From: Mobula hypostoma
Taxonomy: Eukaryota
DNA length: 64,000 bases
NCBI RefSeq assembly: GCF_963921235.1
Contig: NC_086106.1
Coordinates: forward strand, 25,854,001-25,918,000
Reading direction: 5' to 3'
This document shows positions 50,150 to 63,329 of this stretch, piece after piece. The position numbers and the translations under genes are program-made. The notes under the pieces were generated by a model, which worked only from the letters and a program-made list of their open reading frames with translations, had not been told where the DNA came from and did no database searches. Every line of letters begins with the position of its first letter. Position 1 is the first letter of the stretch.

Positions 50150-53100
50150 ATAGAATATAAAGATAGAATAGTACAGCACATTACAGGCCCTTCGGCCCAC
50201 AAGGTTATGCCGACCCTCAAACGCTGCCTCCCATATAACCCCCACCTTAAATTCCTCCATATATCTCTGTAGTAGTCTCTAAAACTTCACTAGTGTATCT
50301 GCCTCTACCACTGACTCAAGCAGTGCACTCAACGCACCAACCACTCTCTCAGTAAAAAACGTTCCTCTAATATCCCTCCTAAACATCCCACACCTTATCT
50401 AAAGACATGTCCTCTTGTATTGAGGAGTGGTGCCCTGGGGAAGAGGCGCTGGCTATCCACTCTATATATTCCTCTTAATATCTTGTACACCTCTATCATG
50501 GCTCCTCTCATCCTCCTTCTCTCCAAAGTGTAAAGTCCTAGCTCACTTAATTTCTGATCATAATCCATACTCTCTAAACCAGGCAGCATCCTGGTAAATC
50601 TTCTCTCTACCCTTTCTAATGCTGCCACATCCCTCCTATAGTGAGGCAAGCAGAACTGGACACAGTACTCCAAGTGTGGCCTAACCAGAGTTTTAAGGAG
50701 CTGCATCACTACATCGCGACTCTTAAAGTCCATCCCTCGACTTATGAAAGCTAACACCCCATAAGATTTTTTTAACTACCCTATCTACCTATGAGGCAAC
50801 TTTCAGGGATCTGTGGACATGTACCCCGAGATCCCTCTGCTCCTCCACACTACCAAGTATCCTGCCATTTACTTTGTACTCTACCATGGAGTTTGTCCTT
50901 CCGAAGTGTACCACCTCACACTTCTCCGGGTTGAACTCCATCTGCCACTTTCCAACCCACTTCTGCATCCTATCAATGTCTCCCTGCAATCTTCGACAAT
51001 CCTCTACGCTATCTACAACATCACCAACATTTGTGTCGTATGCAAACTTGCCAACCCACTCTTCTACCCCCACATCCAGGTCGTTAATAAAAATCACGAA
51101 GAGTAGACGTCCCGGAACAGATCCTTGTGGACACAACTAGTCACAACCCTCCAATCTGAATATACTCCACGCACCACGACCCTCTGCCTTCCGCAAGCAA
51201 GCCAATTCTGAATCCAACTGGCCAAACTTCCCTGGATGTCATGTCTTCTGACATTCTGATTAAGCCTACCGTATGCAACCTTGTCAAATGCCTTACTAAA
51301 ATCCATGTAGATCACATCAACTGCACTACCCTCATCTATATGCCTGCTCACCTCCTCAACGAACTCTATCAGGTTTGTTAGATACGATCTGCCCTTCACA
51401 AAGCCATGCTGACTCTCCCTGATCAGACCATGATTCTTTAAATGCCCACAGATCCTATATCTAAGAATCTTTTCCAACAGCTTTCCCACCACAGACGTAA
51501 GGCGCGCTGGTCTATAATTACTCGGACTATCCCTACGACCTTTTTTGAACAAGCAGACAACATTCGCCTCTCTCCGATCCTCCGGTACCATTCCCGTGGG
51601 CAATGAGGACATAAAGATCAAAGCCGGAGGCTCAGCAATCTCTTCCCTCGCCTCGTGGAGCAGCCTGGGAATATTCCGTCAGGCCCCGGGGACTTATCCG
51701 TCCTAATGTATTTTAACAACTCCAAAAACTCCTCTCTCTTAATTTCTACATGCTCCAGAACATCAACCTCTCTCACATTGTCCTCACCGTCATCAAGTTC
51801 CCTCTCATTGGTGAATACCGAAGAAAAGTATTCATTGAGGACCTCGCTCACTTCCACAGCCTCCAGGCACATCTTCCCACCTTTATCTCTAATCGGCCCT
51901 ACCTTCACTCCTGTCATCCTTTTGTTCTTCACATAATTGAAGAATTCCTTGGGGTTTTACTTTACCCTACTCACCAAGGCCTTCTCATGCCCCCTTCTTG
52001 CTCGTCTTAGCCCCTTTTTAAGCTCCTTTCTTGCTACCCTACATTCCTCAATAGACCCATCTGATCCTTGCTTCCTAAACCTCATGTATTCTGCCTTCTT
52101 CCACCTGACTAGATTTTGCACCTCACTTGTCACCCATGGTTCCTTCACCCTACCTTTCTTTGTCTTCCTCACCGGGACAAATTTATCTCTAACATCCTGC
52201 AAGAGATCCCTAAACATCGACCACATGACCATAGTACATCTCTGCAAAATCATCATCCCAATTCACACCCGCAACTTCTAGCCTCATAGCCTAATAATTT
52301 GCCCTTCCCCAGTTCAAAATTTCCCTGTCCTCTCTGATTCTATCCTTTTCCATGATAATGCTAAAGGCCAGGGAGCGGTGATCACTGTCCCCCAGATGCT
52401 CACCCAATGAGAGATCTGTGACTTGACCCGCTTCGGTACCTAATACTAGATCTAGTATGGCATTCCCCTAGTCGGCCTGTCAACATACTGTGGCAGGAAT
52501 CCGTCCTGGACACATTTAACAAAATCTTCCCCATCTGAAGCGTTGGAACTAATCAGGTGCCAATCAATATTACGGAAGTTAAAGTCACCCATGATAACAA
52601 CCCTGCTATTTTTGCACCTTTCCAAAATCTGCCTCCCAATCTGCTCCTTGGTATCTCTGTTGCCACTAGGGTGTCTATAGAATACTCTCAACAGAGTAGC
52701 TTCCTGTTCCTGACTTCCACCCATACTGACTCGAAAGAGGATCCTGCTCCATGCCCACCCTTTCTGTCGCTGTAATAGTATCCCCGACCAGTAATACCAC
52801 CCCTCCTCCCCCTTTTCCTCCCTCTATCTTTTTTAAAGCACTGAACTCCAGGAAAATTGAGAATCCATTCCTGCCCTGGTTGCAGCCAAGTCTTTGTAAT
52901 GGCCACTGCATCATAATTCCATGTATGTATCCAAGCTCTTAGTTCATCCTCTTTGTTCCTGATGCTTCTTGCATTGAAGTACGCATACTTTAGTCCTTCT
53001 ATCTGACTACCTTTACACCCTTCTGCTTCTCTTTCCTCAAAGCCTCTTATATGTTAGATCTGGCTTTACTCCATGCACTTCTTTCACTACTCTATCGCTC

Positions 53101-53460
53101 TGGGTCGCATCCCTCTTGCAAATTAGTTTAAACCCTCCCGAACCATGCTCCCAAACCTACCTGTAAAGATATTGCTCCCCCTCGAGTTCAGGTGCAACCC
53201 ATCCAATCTGTACAGGTCCCACCTTCCCCAGGAGAGATCCCAATGCTCCAAAAATCTAAAACCCTGACCCCTGCACCAACTCCTCAGCCACGCATTCAAC
53301 TGTCATCTCCTCCAATTCTTACCATCACTATCACGTAGCACTGGCATCAATCCTGAGAACGCCACCCTTGAGGTCCTGTTCTTCAGCCTTCTGCCTATTT
53401 CCCGAAACTCACACTTCAGGACCTCATCCCTCTTCCTACCTATGTCGTTGGTACCAACAT
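50150..53460 (-). mobile_element. CR1 LINE, second subfamily, from the end of ORF1 esterase to the 3' end, degenerate
   Basis: EN remnants (IMGDFNFRNIDW), RT remnants (YMDFSKAFDKV, PQGSVPG, FAYDT) and a 3' end atagaatagtacagcac. Confidence 0.9.
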
Positions 53461-53803
53461 ATATCGGGACAAATTTTTGATTAACCCTATAGAAAGCATC
53501 ATTTCATAGAAACATAGAAACATAGAAACATAGAAAATAGGTGCAGGGGTAGGTCATTCAGCCGTTCGAGCCGGCACCGCCATTTATTATGATCATGGCT
53601 GATCATCCAACTCAGAACCCTGCACCAGCCTTCCCTCCATACCCCGATCCCTTTAGCAACAAGGGCCATATCTAACTCCCTCTTAAATATAGCCAATGAA
53701 CTGGCATCAACTGTTTCCTGTGGCAGAGAATTCCACAGATTCACCACTCTCTGTGTGAAGAAGTTTTTCCTAATCTCAGTCCTAAAAGGCTTCCCCTTTA
53801 TCC

Positions 53804-55288
53804 TCAAACTGTGCCCCTCGTTCTGGACTTCCCCAACATCGGGAACAATCTTCCTGCATTTAGCCTGTCCAATCCCATTAGGATCTTATACGTTTCAATC
53901 AGATCCGCCCTCAATCTTCTAAATTCCAACGAGTACAAGCCCAGTTCATTCAGTCCTTCTTCATATGAAAGTCCTGCCATCCCAGGAATCAATCTGGTAA
54001 ACTTTCTTTGTACTCCCTCTATGGCAAGGATGTCTTTCCTCAGATTAGGGGACCAAAACTGCACACAATACTCCAGGTGTGGTCTCACCAAGGCCTTGTA
54101 CAACTGCAGTAGTACCTCCCTGCTCCTGCACTCGAATCCTCTCGCTATAAATGTCAGCATACCATTCGCCTTTTTCACCGCCTGCTGTACCTGCATGCCC
54201 ACTTTCAATGACTGGTGTATAATGACAGCCAGGTCTCGTTGCACCTCCCCTTTTCCTAATCGGCCACCATTCAGATAATAATCTGTTTTCCTGTTTTTGC
54301 CACCAAAGTGGATAACTTCACATTTATCCACATTAAATTGCATCTGCCATGAAATTGCCCACTCACCTAACCTATCCAAGTCACCATGCATCCTCTTAGC
54401 ATACTCCTCACAGCTAACCCTGCCGCCCAGCTTCGTGTCATCCGCAAACTTGGAGATGCTGCATTTAATTCCCTCATCCAAGTCATTAATATATATTGTA
54501 AACAACTGGGGTCACAGCACTGAGCCTTGCGGTACCCCACTAGTCACTGCCTGCCTTTGCGAAAAGGTCCCGTTTATTCCCACTCTTTGCTTCCTGTCTG
54601 CTAACCAATTCTCTATCCACATCAATACCTTACCCCCAATACCGTGTGCTTTAAGTTTGCACACTAATCTCCTGTGTGGGAACTTGTCAAAAGCCTTTTG
54701 AAAATCCAAATATACCACATCCACTGGTTCTCCCCTATCTACTCTACTAGTTACATCCTCAAAAAATTCTATGAGATTCGTCAGACATGATTTTCCTTTC
54801 ACAAATCCATGCTGACTTTGTCCGATGATTTCACCGCTTTCCAAATGTGCTGTTATCACATCTTTGATAACTGACTCCAGCAGTTTCCCCACCACCGACG
54901 TTAGGCTAACCGGTCTATAATTCCCCGGTTTCTCTCTCCCTCCTTTTTTAAAAAGTGGGGTTACATTAGCCACCCTGAAATCCTCAGGAACTAGTCCAGA
55001 ATCTAACGAGTTTTGAAAAATTATCACTAATGCATCCACTATTTCTTGGGCTACTTCCTTAAACACGCTGGGATGCAGACCATCTGGCCCTGGGGATTTA
55101 TCTGCCTTTAATCCCTTCAAATTACCTAACACCATTTCCCTACTGACATGTATTTCGCTCAGTTCCTCCATCTCACTGGACCCTCTGTCCCCTTCTATTT
55201 CTGGTAGATTGTTTATGTCCTCCTTAGTGAAGACCGAACCAAAGTAATTATTCAATTGGTCTGCCATGTCATTGCTCCCCATAATCAA
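53804..55288 (-). CDS. CR1 ORF2 reverse transcriptase (two frames: 54512-55288 and 53804-54505)
   Basis: YLDFQKAFDK, GVPQGSVL and FADDTKLGG motifs. Confidence 0.82.
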
Positions 55289-55400
55289 TTCACCTGTTTC
55301 TGTCTGTAGGGGACCTACATTTGTCTTTACCAGTCTTTTCCTTTTTACATATCTATAAAAGCTTTTACAGTCAATTTTTATGCTCCCTGCCAGTTTTCTC

Positions 55401-56642
55401 TCATAATCTTTTTTTCCCCTTCCTAATTAAGCCCTTTGTCCTCCTCTGCTGAGCTCTGAATTTCTCCCAGTCCTCAGGTGAGCCACTTTTTCTGGCTAAT
55501 TTGTATGCTTCTTCTTTGAAATTGATACTATCCCTAATTTCTCTTGTCAGCCACAGGTGCACTACCTTCCTTGATTTATTCTTTTGCCAAACTGGGATGA
55601 ACAATTGTTGTAATTCATCCATGCAATCTTTAAATGCCTGCCATTGCATATCCACCGTCAAGCCTTTAAGTATCATTTGCCAGTCTATCTCAGCTAATTC
55701 ACGTCTCATACCTTCAAAGTTACCCCTCTTTAAGTTCAGAACCTTTGTTTCTGAATTAACTATGTCACTCTCCATCTTAATGAAGAATTCCACCATAATA
55801 TGGTCACTCTTACCCAAGGGGCCTCTCACGACAAGATTGCTAATTAACCCTTCCTCATTGCTCAAAACCCAGTCTAGAATAACCTGCTCTCTAGTTGGTT
55901 CCTCGACATGTTGGTTCAAAATACCATCCCGCATACATTCCAAGAAACCCTCTTCCTCAGCACCTTTACCAATTTGGTTCACCCAATCTACATGTAGATT
56001 GAAGTCACCCATTATAACTGCTGTTCCTTTATTGCACACATTTCTAATTTCCTGTTTAATACCGTCTCCGACCTCACTACTGCTGTTAGGTGGCCTGTAC
56101 ACAACTCTCACCAGCGTTTTCTGCCCCTTAGTGTTATGCAGCTCTACCCATATCGATTCCACATCTTCCCGGCTTATGTCCTTCCTTTCTATTGCGTTAA
56201 TCTCCTCTTTAACCAGCAACGCAACCCCACCTCCTTTTCTTTCATGTCTATCCCTCCTGAATATTGAATATCCCTGAACGTTGAGCTCCCATCCTTGATC
56301 ACCCTGGAGCCATGTCTCTGTGATCCCAACTATATCATAATCATTAATAACAATCTGCACTTTCAATTCATCCACCTTGTTACGAATGCTCCTTGTATTG
56401 ACACACAAAGCCTTCGGGCGCTCTTTTACAACTCTCTTAGCCCTTATACAATTATGCTGAAAAGTGGCCCTTTTTGATGCTTGCCCTGGATTTGTCGGCC
56501 TGCCACTTTTACTTTTCTCCTTACTACTTTTTGCTTCTACCGTCACTTTACATCCCTCTGTCCCTCTGCATTGGTTCCCATCCCCCTGCTGTGAACTAAC
56601 CTCCTCTCGCCTAGCATCTTTAATTTGATTCCCTCCCCCCAA
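55401..56642 (-). CDS. CR1 ORF2 apurinic-like endonuclease and linker
   Basis: DIVGITETWL, VYRPPNSS, IMGDFNLH and SDHIMVEF motifs. Confidence 0.8.
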   Translation of the reverse strand: MGGGNQIKDARREEVSSQQGDGNQCRGTEGCKVTVEAKSSKEKSKSGRPTNPGQASKRATFQHNCIRAKRVVKERPKALCVNTRSIRNKVDELKVQIVINDYDIVGITETWLQGDQGWELNVQGYSIFRRDRHERKGGGVALLVKEEINAIERKDISREDVESIWVELHNTKGQKTLVRVVYRPPNSSSEVGDGIKQEIRNVCNKGTAVIMGDFNLHVDWVNQIGKGAEEEGFLECMRDGILNQHVEEPTREQVILDWVLSNEEGLISNLVVRGPLGKSDHIMVEFFIKMESDIVNSETKVLNLKRGNFEGMRRELAEIDWQMILKGLTVDMQWQAFKDCMDELQQLFIPVWQKNKSRKVVHLWLTREIRDSINFKEEAYKLARKSGSPEDWEKFRAQQRRTKGLIRKGKKRL

Positions 56643-56647
56643 CCATT

Positions 56648-57148
56648 CTAGTTTAAAGTCACCTCAGTAGCCCTCGCGAATCTCCCTGCCAGGATATTGG
56701 TCCCCCCAGGATTCAAGTGTAACCCGTCCTTTTTGTACAGGTCACGCCTGCACGAAAAGAGGTCCCAATGATCCAAAAACTTGAATCCATGCCCCCTGCT
56801 CCAATCCCTCAGCCACGCATTTATCCTCCACCTCATCGCATTCCTACTCTCACTGTTGCCTGGCACAGGCAGTAATTCCGAGATTACTACCTTTGCGGTC
56901 CTTTTTCTCAACTCCCTTCCTAGCTCCCTATATTCTCCTTTCAGGACCTCTTTCCTTTTCCTACCTATGTCATTGATACCTATATGTACCACGACCTCTG
57001 GCTCCACGTCCTCCCACTTCAGGATATCTTGAACACGATCAGAAATATCCCGGACCCTGGCACCAGGGAGGCAAACTACCATCCGGGTCTCTGGGCTGCG
57101 TCCACAGAATCGCCTATCTGACCCCCTTACTATCGAGTCCCCTATCAC
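56648..57148 (-). CDS. CR1 ORF1 SGNH esterase domain (frameshifted from the N-terminal part)
   Basis: IGDSIVRG, VVHIGIND and DGLHLN motifs. Confidence 0.78.
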   Translation of the reverse strand: MIGDSIVRGSDRRFCGRSPETRMVVCLPGARVRDISDRVQDILKWEDVEPEVVVHIGINDIGRKRKEVLKGEYRELGRELRKRTAKVVISELLPVPGNSESRNAMRWRINAWLRDWSRGHGFKFLDHWDLFSCRRDLYKKDGLHLNPGGTNILAGRFARATEVTLN

Positions 57149-57191
57149 AACTGCCCTCCTCTTCCTTGCCCTACCCTTCTCAGCTACAGGG

Positions 57192-57614
57192 TCAGACTCT
57201 GTGCCGGAGGCAGGGCCACTGTCGCTTCCCCCCCGGTAAGCTGTCCCCCCCCCCCCCGACAGTACTCAAACAGGAGTACCTATTGTTAAGGGGCACAGCC
57301 ACCGGGGTACTCTCTATTACCTGACTCTTCCCCTTCCCCCTCCTAACCGTGACCCACTTGTCTGCCTCCCGTGGCCCCGGTGTGACCACCTGCCTGTAAC
57401 TCCTCTCTATCACCTCCTCACTCTCCCTGACCAGACGAAAGTCATCGAGCTGCAGCTCCAGTTCCGTAACGCGGTCCCTTAGGAGCTGCATGTCGATGCA
57501 CTTGGGGCAGATGTAGACGTCCGGGAGGCTTGGAGACTCCAGGGCCTGCCACATCCGACACCGAGAACAACAAACTGCCCTCACACTCATACTGCCCCTC
57601 TCCTCAAATAACAA
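57192..57614 (-). CDS. CR1 ORF1 N-terminal zinc-finger/leucine-zipper part
   Basis: AVCCSRCRMW...YICPKCIDMQLLRDRVTELELQLDDFR. Confidence 0.75.
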   Translation of the reverse strand: MLFEERGSMSVRAVCCSRCRMWQALESPSLPDVYICPKCIDMQLLRDRVTELELQLDDFRLVRESEEVIERSYRQVVTPGPREADKWVTVRRGKGKSQVIESTPVAVPLNNRYSCLSTVGGGGDSLPGGKRQWPCLRHRV

Positions 57615-58629
57615 CAGAAAATGAATGCCAAACCTTCCTCGCCTCGCCCGTTTCCGCCTAAGCCCGTTGAGCCGAAGCCCTTAAATCTTCACTCTGCTCC
57701 CGGCTCTCTCCGCCGCCCGCAAACTACGCTGCCCGCTGTATGAGGCTCTGTTCCTTTTAAATCTGCCGCGCTGCACTGCCCGACGTCACACACCTGCGCA
57801 GTCCCGCCTCTCTGAACGCCGTTGGAGAAAAAAAAACGAAAATTTCAAAAATGTCTTTCTCCGCACTCCCGCTCCGACTCTCAGACTTCCTTCTTCGAAT
57901 CCAGGTGCATCATGGCTTGAATGGCAAATGTTCTGCCCGTGACTGCAAGAAATGTGGCCGAGATATCGACGTAACCTAGCATATTACTGATAGAACATGA
58001 ATTCTGCCTGCACTGTTGCTGAATCAGTGAAACACCCAGCATGATCAAAATATTATCCATTCTAGACATTCGTTCATTCTCCCCTCCGATCGGGCAACAT
58101 ATATAGAAACATCAGAGTCAACCTCTAAAATTCTATTAAAAGACAACTGCATAGTTCCCCTGTAAGAGAAGTTGAACACGTGACCTCACAAGCTAAATCA
58201 AACGAAATTCACCATTTCGTCAACTTGCACAACATTTTCTTTGCAGCTGCTTAACTGTATTATCAATTCTGTTGATGACTCAGCTTTCACACCCTCAATG
58301 CACAATGCAATGATTTGATGCCTGTAAAGATATGCAAGGCAGTATTTTCACTGTGGATAAGTCACTATCTAACCAAAGCCTAAACTAGTTGGTCAGTCTG
58401 TGTGAGTAAACAAGGTGGGGCAAGAAATTAAGCCGGCATTATTTAAAGTATAGGATATACGGTTGGCGAGTAAACGTGGCGGTGGTCTTGTTCGGAAGTA
58501 TGTTTTACTTGTCAACGTGCTAAATGCTGTTCCCTGATATCTCCAGGAACCCTGTTTTAGTTCGACCACTGAATTTGTCTGAAGGTATGCCTTGACGTGC
58601 CCATGTGTCTCGCTCCTCCGGAATACGAA

Positions 58630-60245
58630 AGACCATAAGACCATAAGATATAGAAACAGAAGTACGTCATTCAGCCCATCGAGTGTGCCCTGCCATTCAA
58701 TCATGGGCTGATCCAATTCTTCCAGTCATCGCCACTCCTCTGCCTTCTGTCCATACCCTTTGATGTTCAGGCTAATCAAGAACTTAACTATCTCTGCCTT
58801 AAATGCACCCAATGACTTGGCCTCCACAGCCCCTCGTGGCAACTAATTCCAGATTTACTGCCCTTTGACTGACGTAATTTCTCTTCTGTTCTAAATGGAC
58901 GTCCTTCAATCCTGAAGTCGTGCCCTTTCCTCTTAGACTCCCTTACCATGGGAACTAACTTTGCCATATCTAATCATATCAGGCCTTCTAACATTCGGAA
59001 TGTTTCTATGAGAGCGCTCGTCATTCTGAACTCCAGGTAATGCAGCCCAGGAGCTGCCAGACGTTCCTGATACGGTAATCCTTTCATTCCTGGAATCATT
59101 CTCGTGAATCTTCTCTGAACCATCTCTAAAGTCAGTATATCCTTCCTAAAATAAGAAGCTCAAAATTGGACACAATGCTCCAAATGTGATCTCACAGTGC
59201 CTTATGGAGCCTCAACATCACATCCCTGCTCTGATATTCTACACAAATGAATGCCGAAATTGCATTCACCTTCTGCAAAACCTGCGCAACCTGGAGGTTA
59301 ACCTTTAGGATATAGTGCACAAGGACTTCCAAGTCCCTTTGCATCTCTGCATTTTGAATTCTCTCCCCATCTAAATAATAATCTGCCCGTTGATTACTTC
59401 CACCAAAGTGCATGACCATTTACTTTGCAACACCGTATTTCACTTGCCACTTCTTTGTCCCTTTCGCTAAACTATCCAAGTCTCTCTACAGGCTCTCTGT
59501 TTCCTCAACCCTACCGGCTTCTCCACCTAGCTATGTATCATCAGCAAATTTAGCTATAAATCCATTAACCCCATAGTACAAATCATTGATATACATCGTA
59601 TAAAGCAGCAGTCCTAAAACCCACCCCTGTGGAACACTACTGGTAATCGGCAGCCAGCGAGAACAAGATTCCTTTATTCCCATTCTCTGCTTTCTGCCGA
59701 TCAGCCAATGCTCCGTCCATGTTAGTAAATTCCCTGTAATTCCATGGACTCTTATCTTCCTGAGCAGCCTCATATGTTGCACCTTGTCAAAGGCTTTCTG
59801 AAGATCTAGGTACACCAGATGTACTGCAGCTCCTTTGCCACCCCTGCCTGCAATTTCCACTAAAAATTGCAGTAGGTTAGTCTTGCAGGATTTTCCTTTC
59901 AGGAAACCATGCTAAAGTTGGCCTACCTTGTCATGTGCCTCTAGTTATTTGGTAATCTCAATCTTAACAATCGTTTCCAACAACTTCCCAGCCACTGATG
60001 TCGGCTAACATGTCTATCGTTTGCTTTCTGCTGCTTTCCACCCTTCTTAAATAGCGCAGTAACATTTGCAATTTTCCAGTCATCTGGGACAATGCCACGA
60101 TATATCAATTCTTGAATGAGCATTGTCAATGCCGCTGCAATTTCTCCAGCAACTTCCTTCAGATCGCGAGGGTACATTCCTTCAGGTCCAGGAGTTTTAT
60201 CCACCCTCTGACCATTAAGCTTCCTGAGCACCTTCGCAGTCGTAA
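58630..60245 (-). mobile_element. Older CR1 LINE, third subfamily, RT and 3' end
   Basis: (CCATAAGA)n tail. YLDLQKAFDKVQH and FADDT motifs with stops. Confidence 0.85.
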
Positions 60246-61919
60246 TTACCTCTGCAAGATATTCCGACTGGTTGATAGGTGGTCTCGATTAGAAAAGAGA
60301 TCTAGATGAACACGCGAAAAAAATCGTGTTCGGGAAACAGATTGGGTGGTATGAATAATGGCAAACATAAAATGAAAATGAAGATTGTTGAAAAATATAG
60401 AGAAACTTTTGGCAACCGATGCTTTCAATCTGTGCAACTCTTCGGCATTAAACCGGGCATATTCGTCGGTCCGTCTCCCATCAATCAGAAGATCAACCTA
60501 AAGAATATCTTCTATCATGGCGGTATAACACTATTGAGCGGTGCGAAGGATTAAATATTGACCCACGCCACAGTCCCCTGTCTTATGGCGTTCTGACCTA
60601 TTGACTCCCTGCTGTATATTTTCTGGAAGGATGTTGCACTTTATTCTGATCCTGGTATTGTTTAGCTTTCAATACCACGTTGCACTGTGCAATAAATCGA
60701 TCGGTATGAACAAGACATGTCAAGACATTTTATCCTTGTATCTCGGTATACGTGGCAATAATAAAACCATTCCAAATCCATCTGGAAACAAACTCTGGCC
60801 CGTTATTCCTAGTTGTTAGATTAAGTTACAAGTTGTCACTCTTTTTATAACCTGTTTCTTTCGAGCCTTCTCTCTCCCTATCCCTTCCTGTCTCTGTCAC
60901 TCGCTTTACCGCTCGTTCCCTTTCTTTACCTTTCTCTCCGTCTCATTCTTTCCTCACAGCTTGCCAACGCATCTACCACAATATCATTTTCAAATCATAT
61001 AGAATTTCACAGTTGTCAAAGACGAGTCCAGCAAAGTTGCCAACCGCAACGTGGCGTTGAGGGAAAAATGTTAATGACAAGAACATCAAATTGCACGTTA
61101 CGATCTTTATGAAGTTAACATTTGTATGTCTCAGTACGCATTGATTTCGAGAATTGTTCATCAATCTTGAGCACATGTCACTCTTGAATGTGGCTCCGTA
61201 AAGTCTCCAAAGACCACTTTCCTTCTCACCGCTTCTTTCCTAACTTCGTGTTCTTTCTTTCCCTTTCCTCCGGATTTGTCCAGCTCTGTGTCTTGTTTCT
61301 CCTTCCCTAATCACCTCGCAGCTTAGTCCTTCTCTCAATATCTACTCAAGCTTCCTCCTTTCCCCGCCCAAGTCCTTCCCGAGTCCTCTCTCTTTACCTA
61401 CTCCTCTCCTCGTCCATCTTCTTCCTCCTTCTTCCACTTCCCTCTCTTTAACAACATTTCTCTCTCTCTCGCTGTGTGTCATTCTCATTCATTTTTTTCA
61501 CTTTCTCTCGCCTTCACCATATTTCGCTCTCCATATTTCTCACGCTATATCTCGCTCTTTCCCTCGAATTCCATCTGTCCGTTCCTCTGTCACAAAACAC
61601 TGCCTGCATTCATCCTCATCTTACTTCGGCTTACTCCATTCCACATCTGAACCTGTGCATAAGAGTCATGCCACTGATAGTAGAGAGGAAGAGTGCAGAA
61701 TTTGCTCAGAGGAGAGGGGTAGTGCTTTGCAATGGGTATCCCTAGATCCCTAGGCACTGCAGCCTTGAGAAGCCCCTCCGGAGCCAGAATGCGATGACTC
61801 CTTGTTTCCACGGACCACCTGGACTTGGCTGTTGAGGGGACACTGAAGGCCCCCTTTAGAACGAGCAAACACTGAGAACATTCAGATATCGGGATCCCGT
61901 ATTGTTGCGGAATGTTGAG

Positions 61920-62989
61920 TGCTGAACTGCGTAAAGGTATTCGGTGGAGTCCAGCACAATGCTCCCGAACATATTTAAGCGGGACTCCTGACATTTTGGT
62001 CCCAAGACTAGAAATCCTGACCGGGTTGGCTTCAAGCTACCTGGGGATACAAATTGACAATAAACTGGACTGGTCAAAGAACACTGAGGCTGTCTACAAG
62101 AAGAGCCAGAGCTGTCTCTACTTCCTGAGGAGACTGAGGTCCTTTAACATCTGGCGGATGATGCTGAGGATGATCTACGAGTCAGTGGTGGCCAGTGCTA
62201 TCATGTTTGTTGTTGTGTGCTGGGGCAGCAGGCTGAGGGTAGCAGACACCAACAGAAACAACAAACTTATTCGTAAGGCCAGTGATGTTGTGGGGATGGA
62301 ACTGGACTCTCTCACGGTGGTGTCTGAAAAGAGGATGCTGTCTAAGTTGCATGCCATTTTGGTCAATGTCTCCCATCCAAGACATAATGTACTGGATGGG
62401 CACAGGAGTACATTCAGCCAGAGACTCATTCCTCAGAGATGCAGCACAGAGCGTCATAGGATGTCATTCCTGCCTGTGGCTATCAAACTTTACAACTCCT
62501 CCCTTGGAGGGTCAGACACCCTGTGCCGATAGGCGGATCCTGGACTTATTTCATAATTTACATATTACTATTTAACTATTTATGATTCTATGACTATTTA
62601 TTATTTATGCTGCAACTGTAACGAAAACCAATTTCCCCCTGGGATCAATAAAGTATGACTATGACTATGACTATGACCATGAAGTAGAACATTTTCTCCA
62701 CTCATGAATATTTTCTTCGGTTTCGCAGAATACTGAATGCACAGCAAATTGGCTCTGCCAGTTTCCTTGTAATTGCAGCTCAATGGCACGGTCTTCTCTT
62801 CTACGATCATTAAATCCCTCCTATTGGGGTCACAAAATCTGCCCCACACGTCCCTGTAACAATCCCAGAATATGTGAGCGGCGCCGGAACGCACTGACAC
62901 TGCAGGATACGCTCCCACCGATGACACCGATTCATTAAAAGAGTAGTCTATCAAAAAAATCCTCCAGTGGATGGTTGTAATGGGAACAT
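61920..62989 (-). pseudogene. Family C V pseudogene split by a LINE (3' part 61920-62030, 5' part 62677-62989)
   Basis: 5' part VEEKTVPLSCNYKETGRANLLCIQY. 3' part LNMFGSIVLDSTEYLYAVQH, then a dead 23-spacer RSS (CTCAACA-23-ATATCTGAA). Confidence 0.65.
62035..62677 (+). mobile_element. Rex1/Babar-like LINE 3' fragment
   Basis: YLGIQIDNKLDWSKNTEAVYKKSQSCLYFLRRLRSFNI, then AATAAA and a (TATGAC)n tail. Confidence 0.82.
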
Positions 62990-63329
62990 GGTACCTTAAA
63001 TAAAGAAAAGAGAGGATCATTTGAAAATGTTATTCCAATAAAACAGAAGTGATTCAAGTAAGGAGAAGCAGAAACTCCTGAAACCTGCTCGCCAATGCTT
63101 TCTCGTGGCCCCTTCCAGCTCTCCGAATTTCTTTATTGAGCACCTTCCTGGCACCCTTGCAATCTTCTAGAGCTCTAACTGTACCTAGTTTCTTGAACCA
63201 TTCGTAACCTTTTCTTTTCTTTCTGACTAGATATGCCGCACCCTTTGAAGACCATAAGTTGCCCTCTTTCCCTACCTGCTCATTGACTTCAGGTTTAGTA
63301 AGGAGGCTCCTGTCTCCATACAGGTTGCT

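Larger units (their letters stand above)
53506..57875 (-). mobile_element. Near full-length young CR1 LINE (about 4.4 kb)
   Basis: GC-rich 5'UTR at about 57620-57875, ORF1 zinc finger plus esterase, ORF2 EN plus RT with only a few frameshifts, and a (CATAGAAA)n tail at 53506-53535. Confidence 0.95.

Noticed and set aside
53811-56277. Long plus-strand ORFs (155, 134 and 258 aa; similar ones at 29513-30628)
   Set aside because: These are antisense shadows of CR1 ORF2.
1-60245. Strand bias of CR1 insertions relative to V transcription
   Set aside because: About 7 minus versus 4 plus, too few to mean anything.
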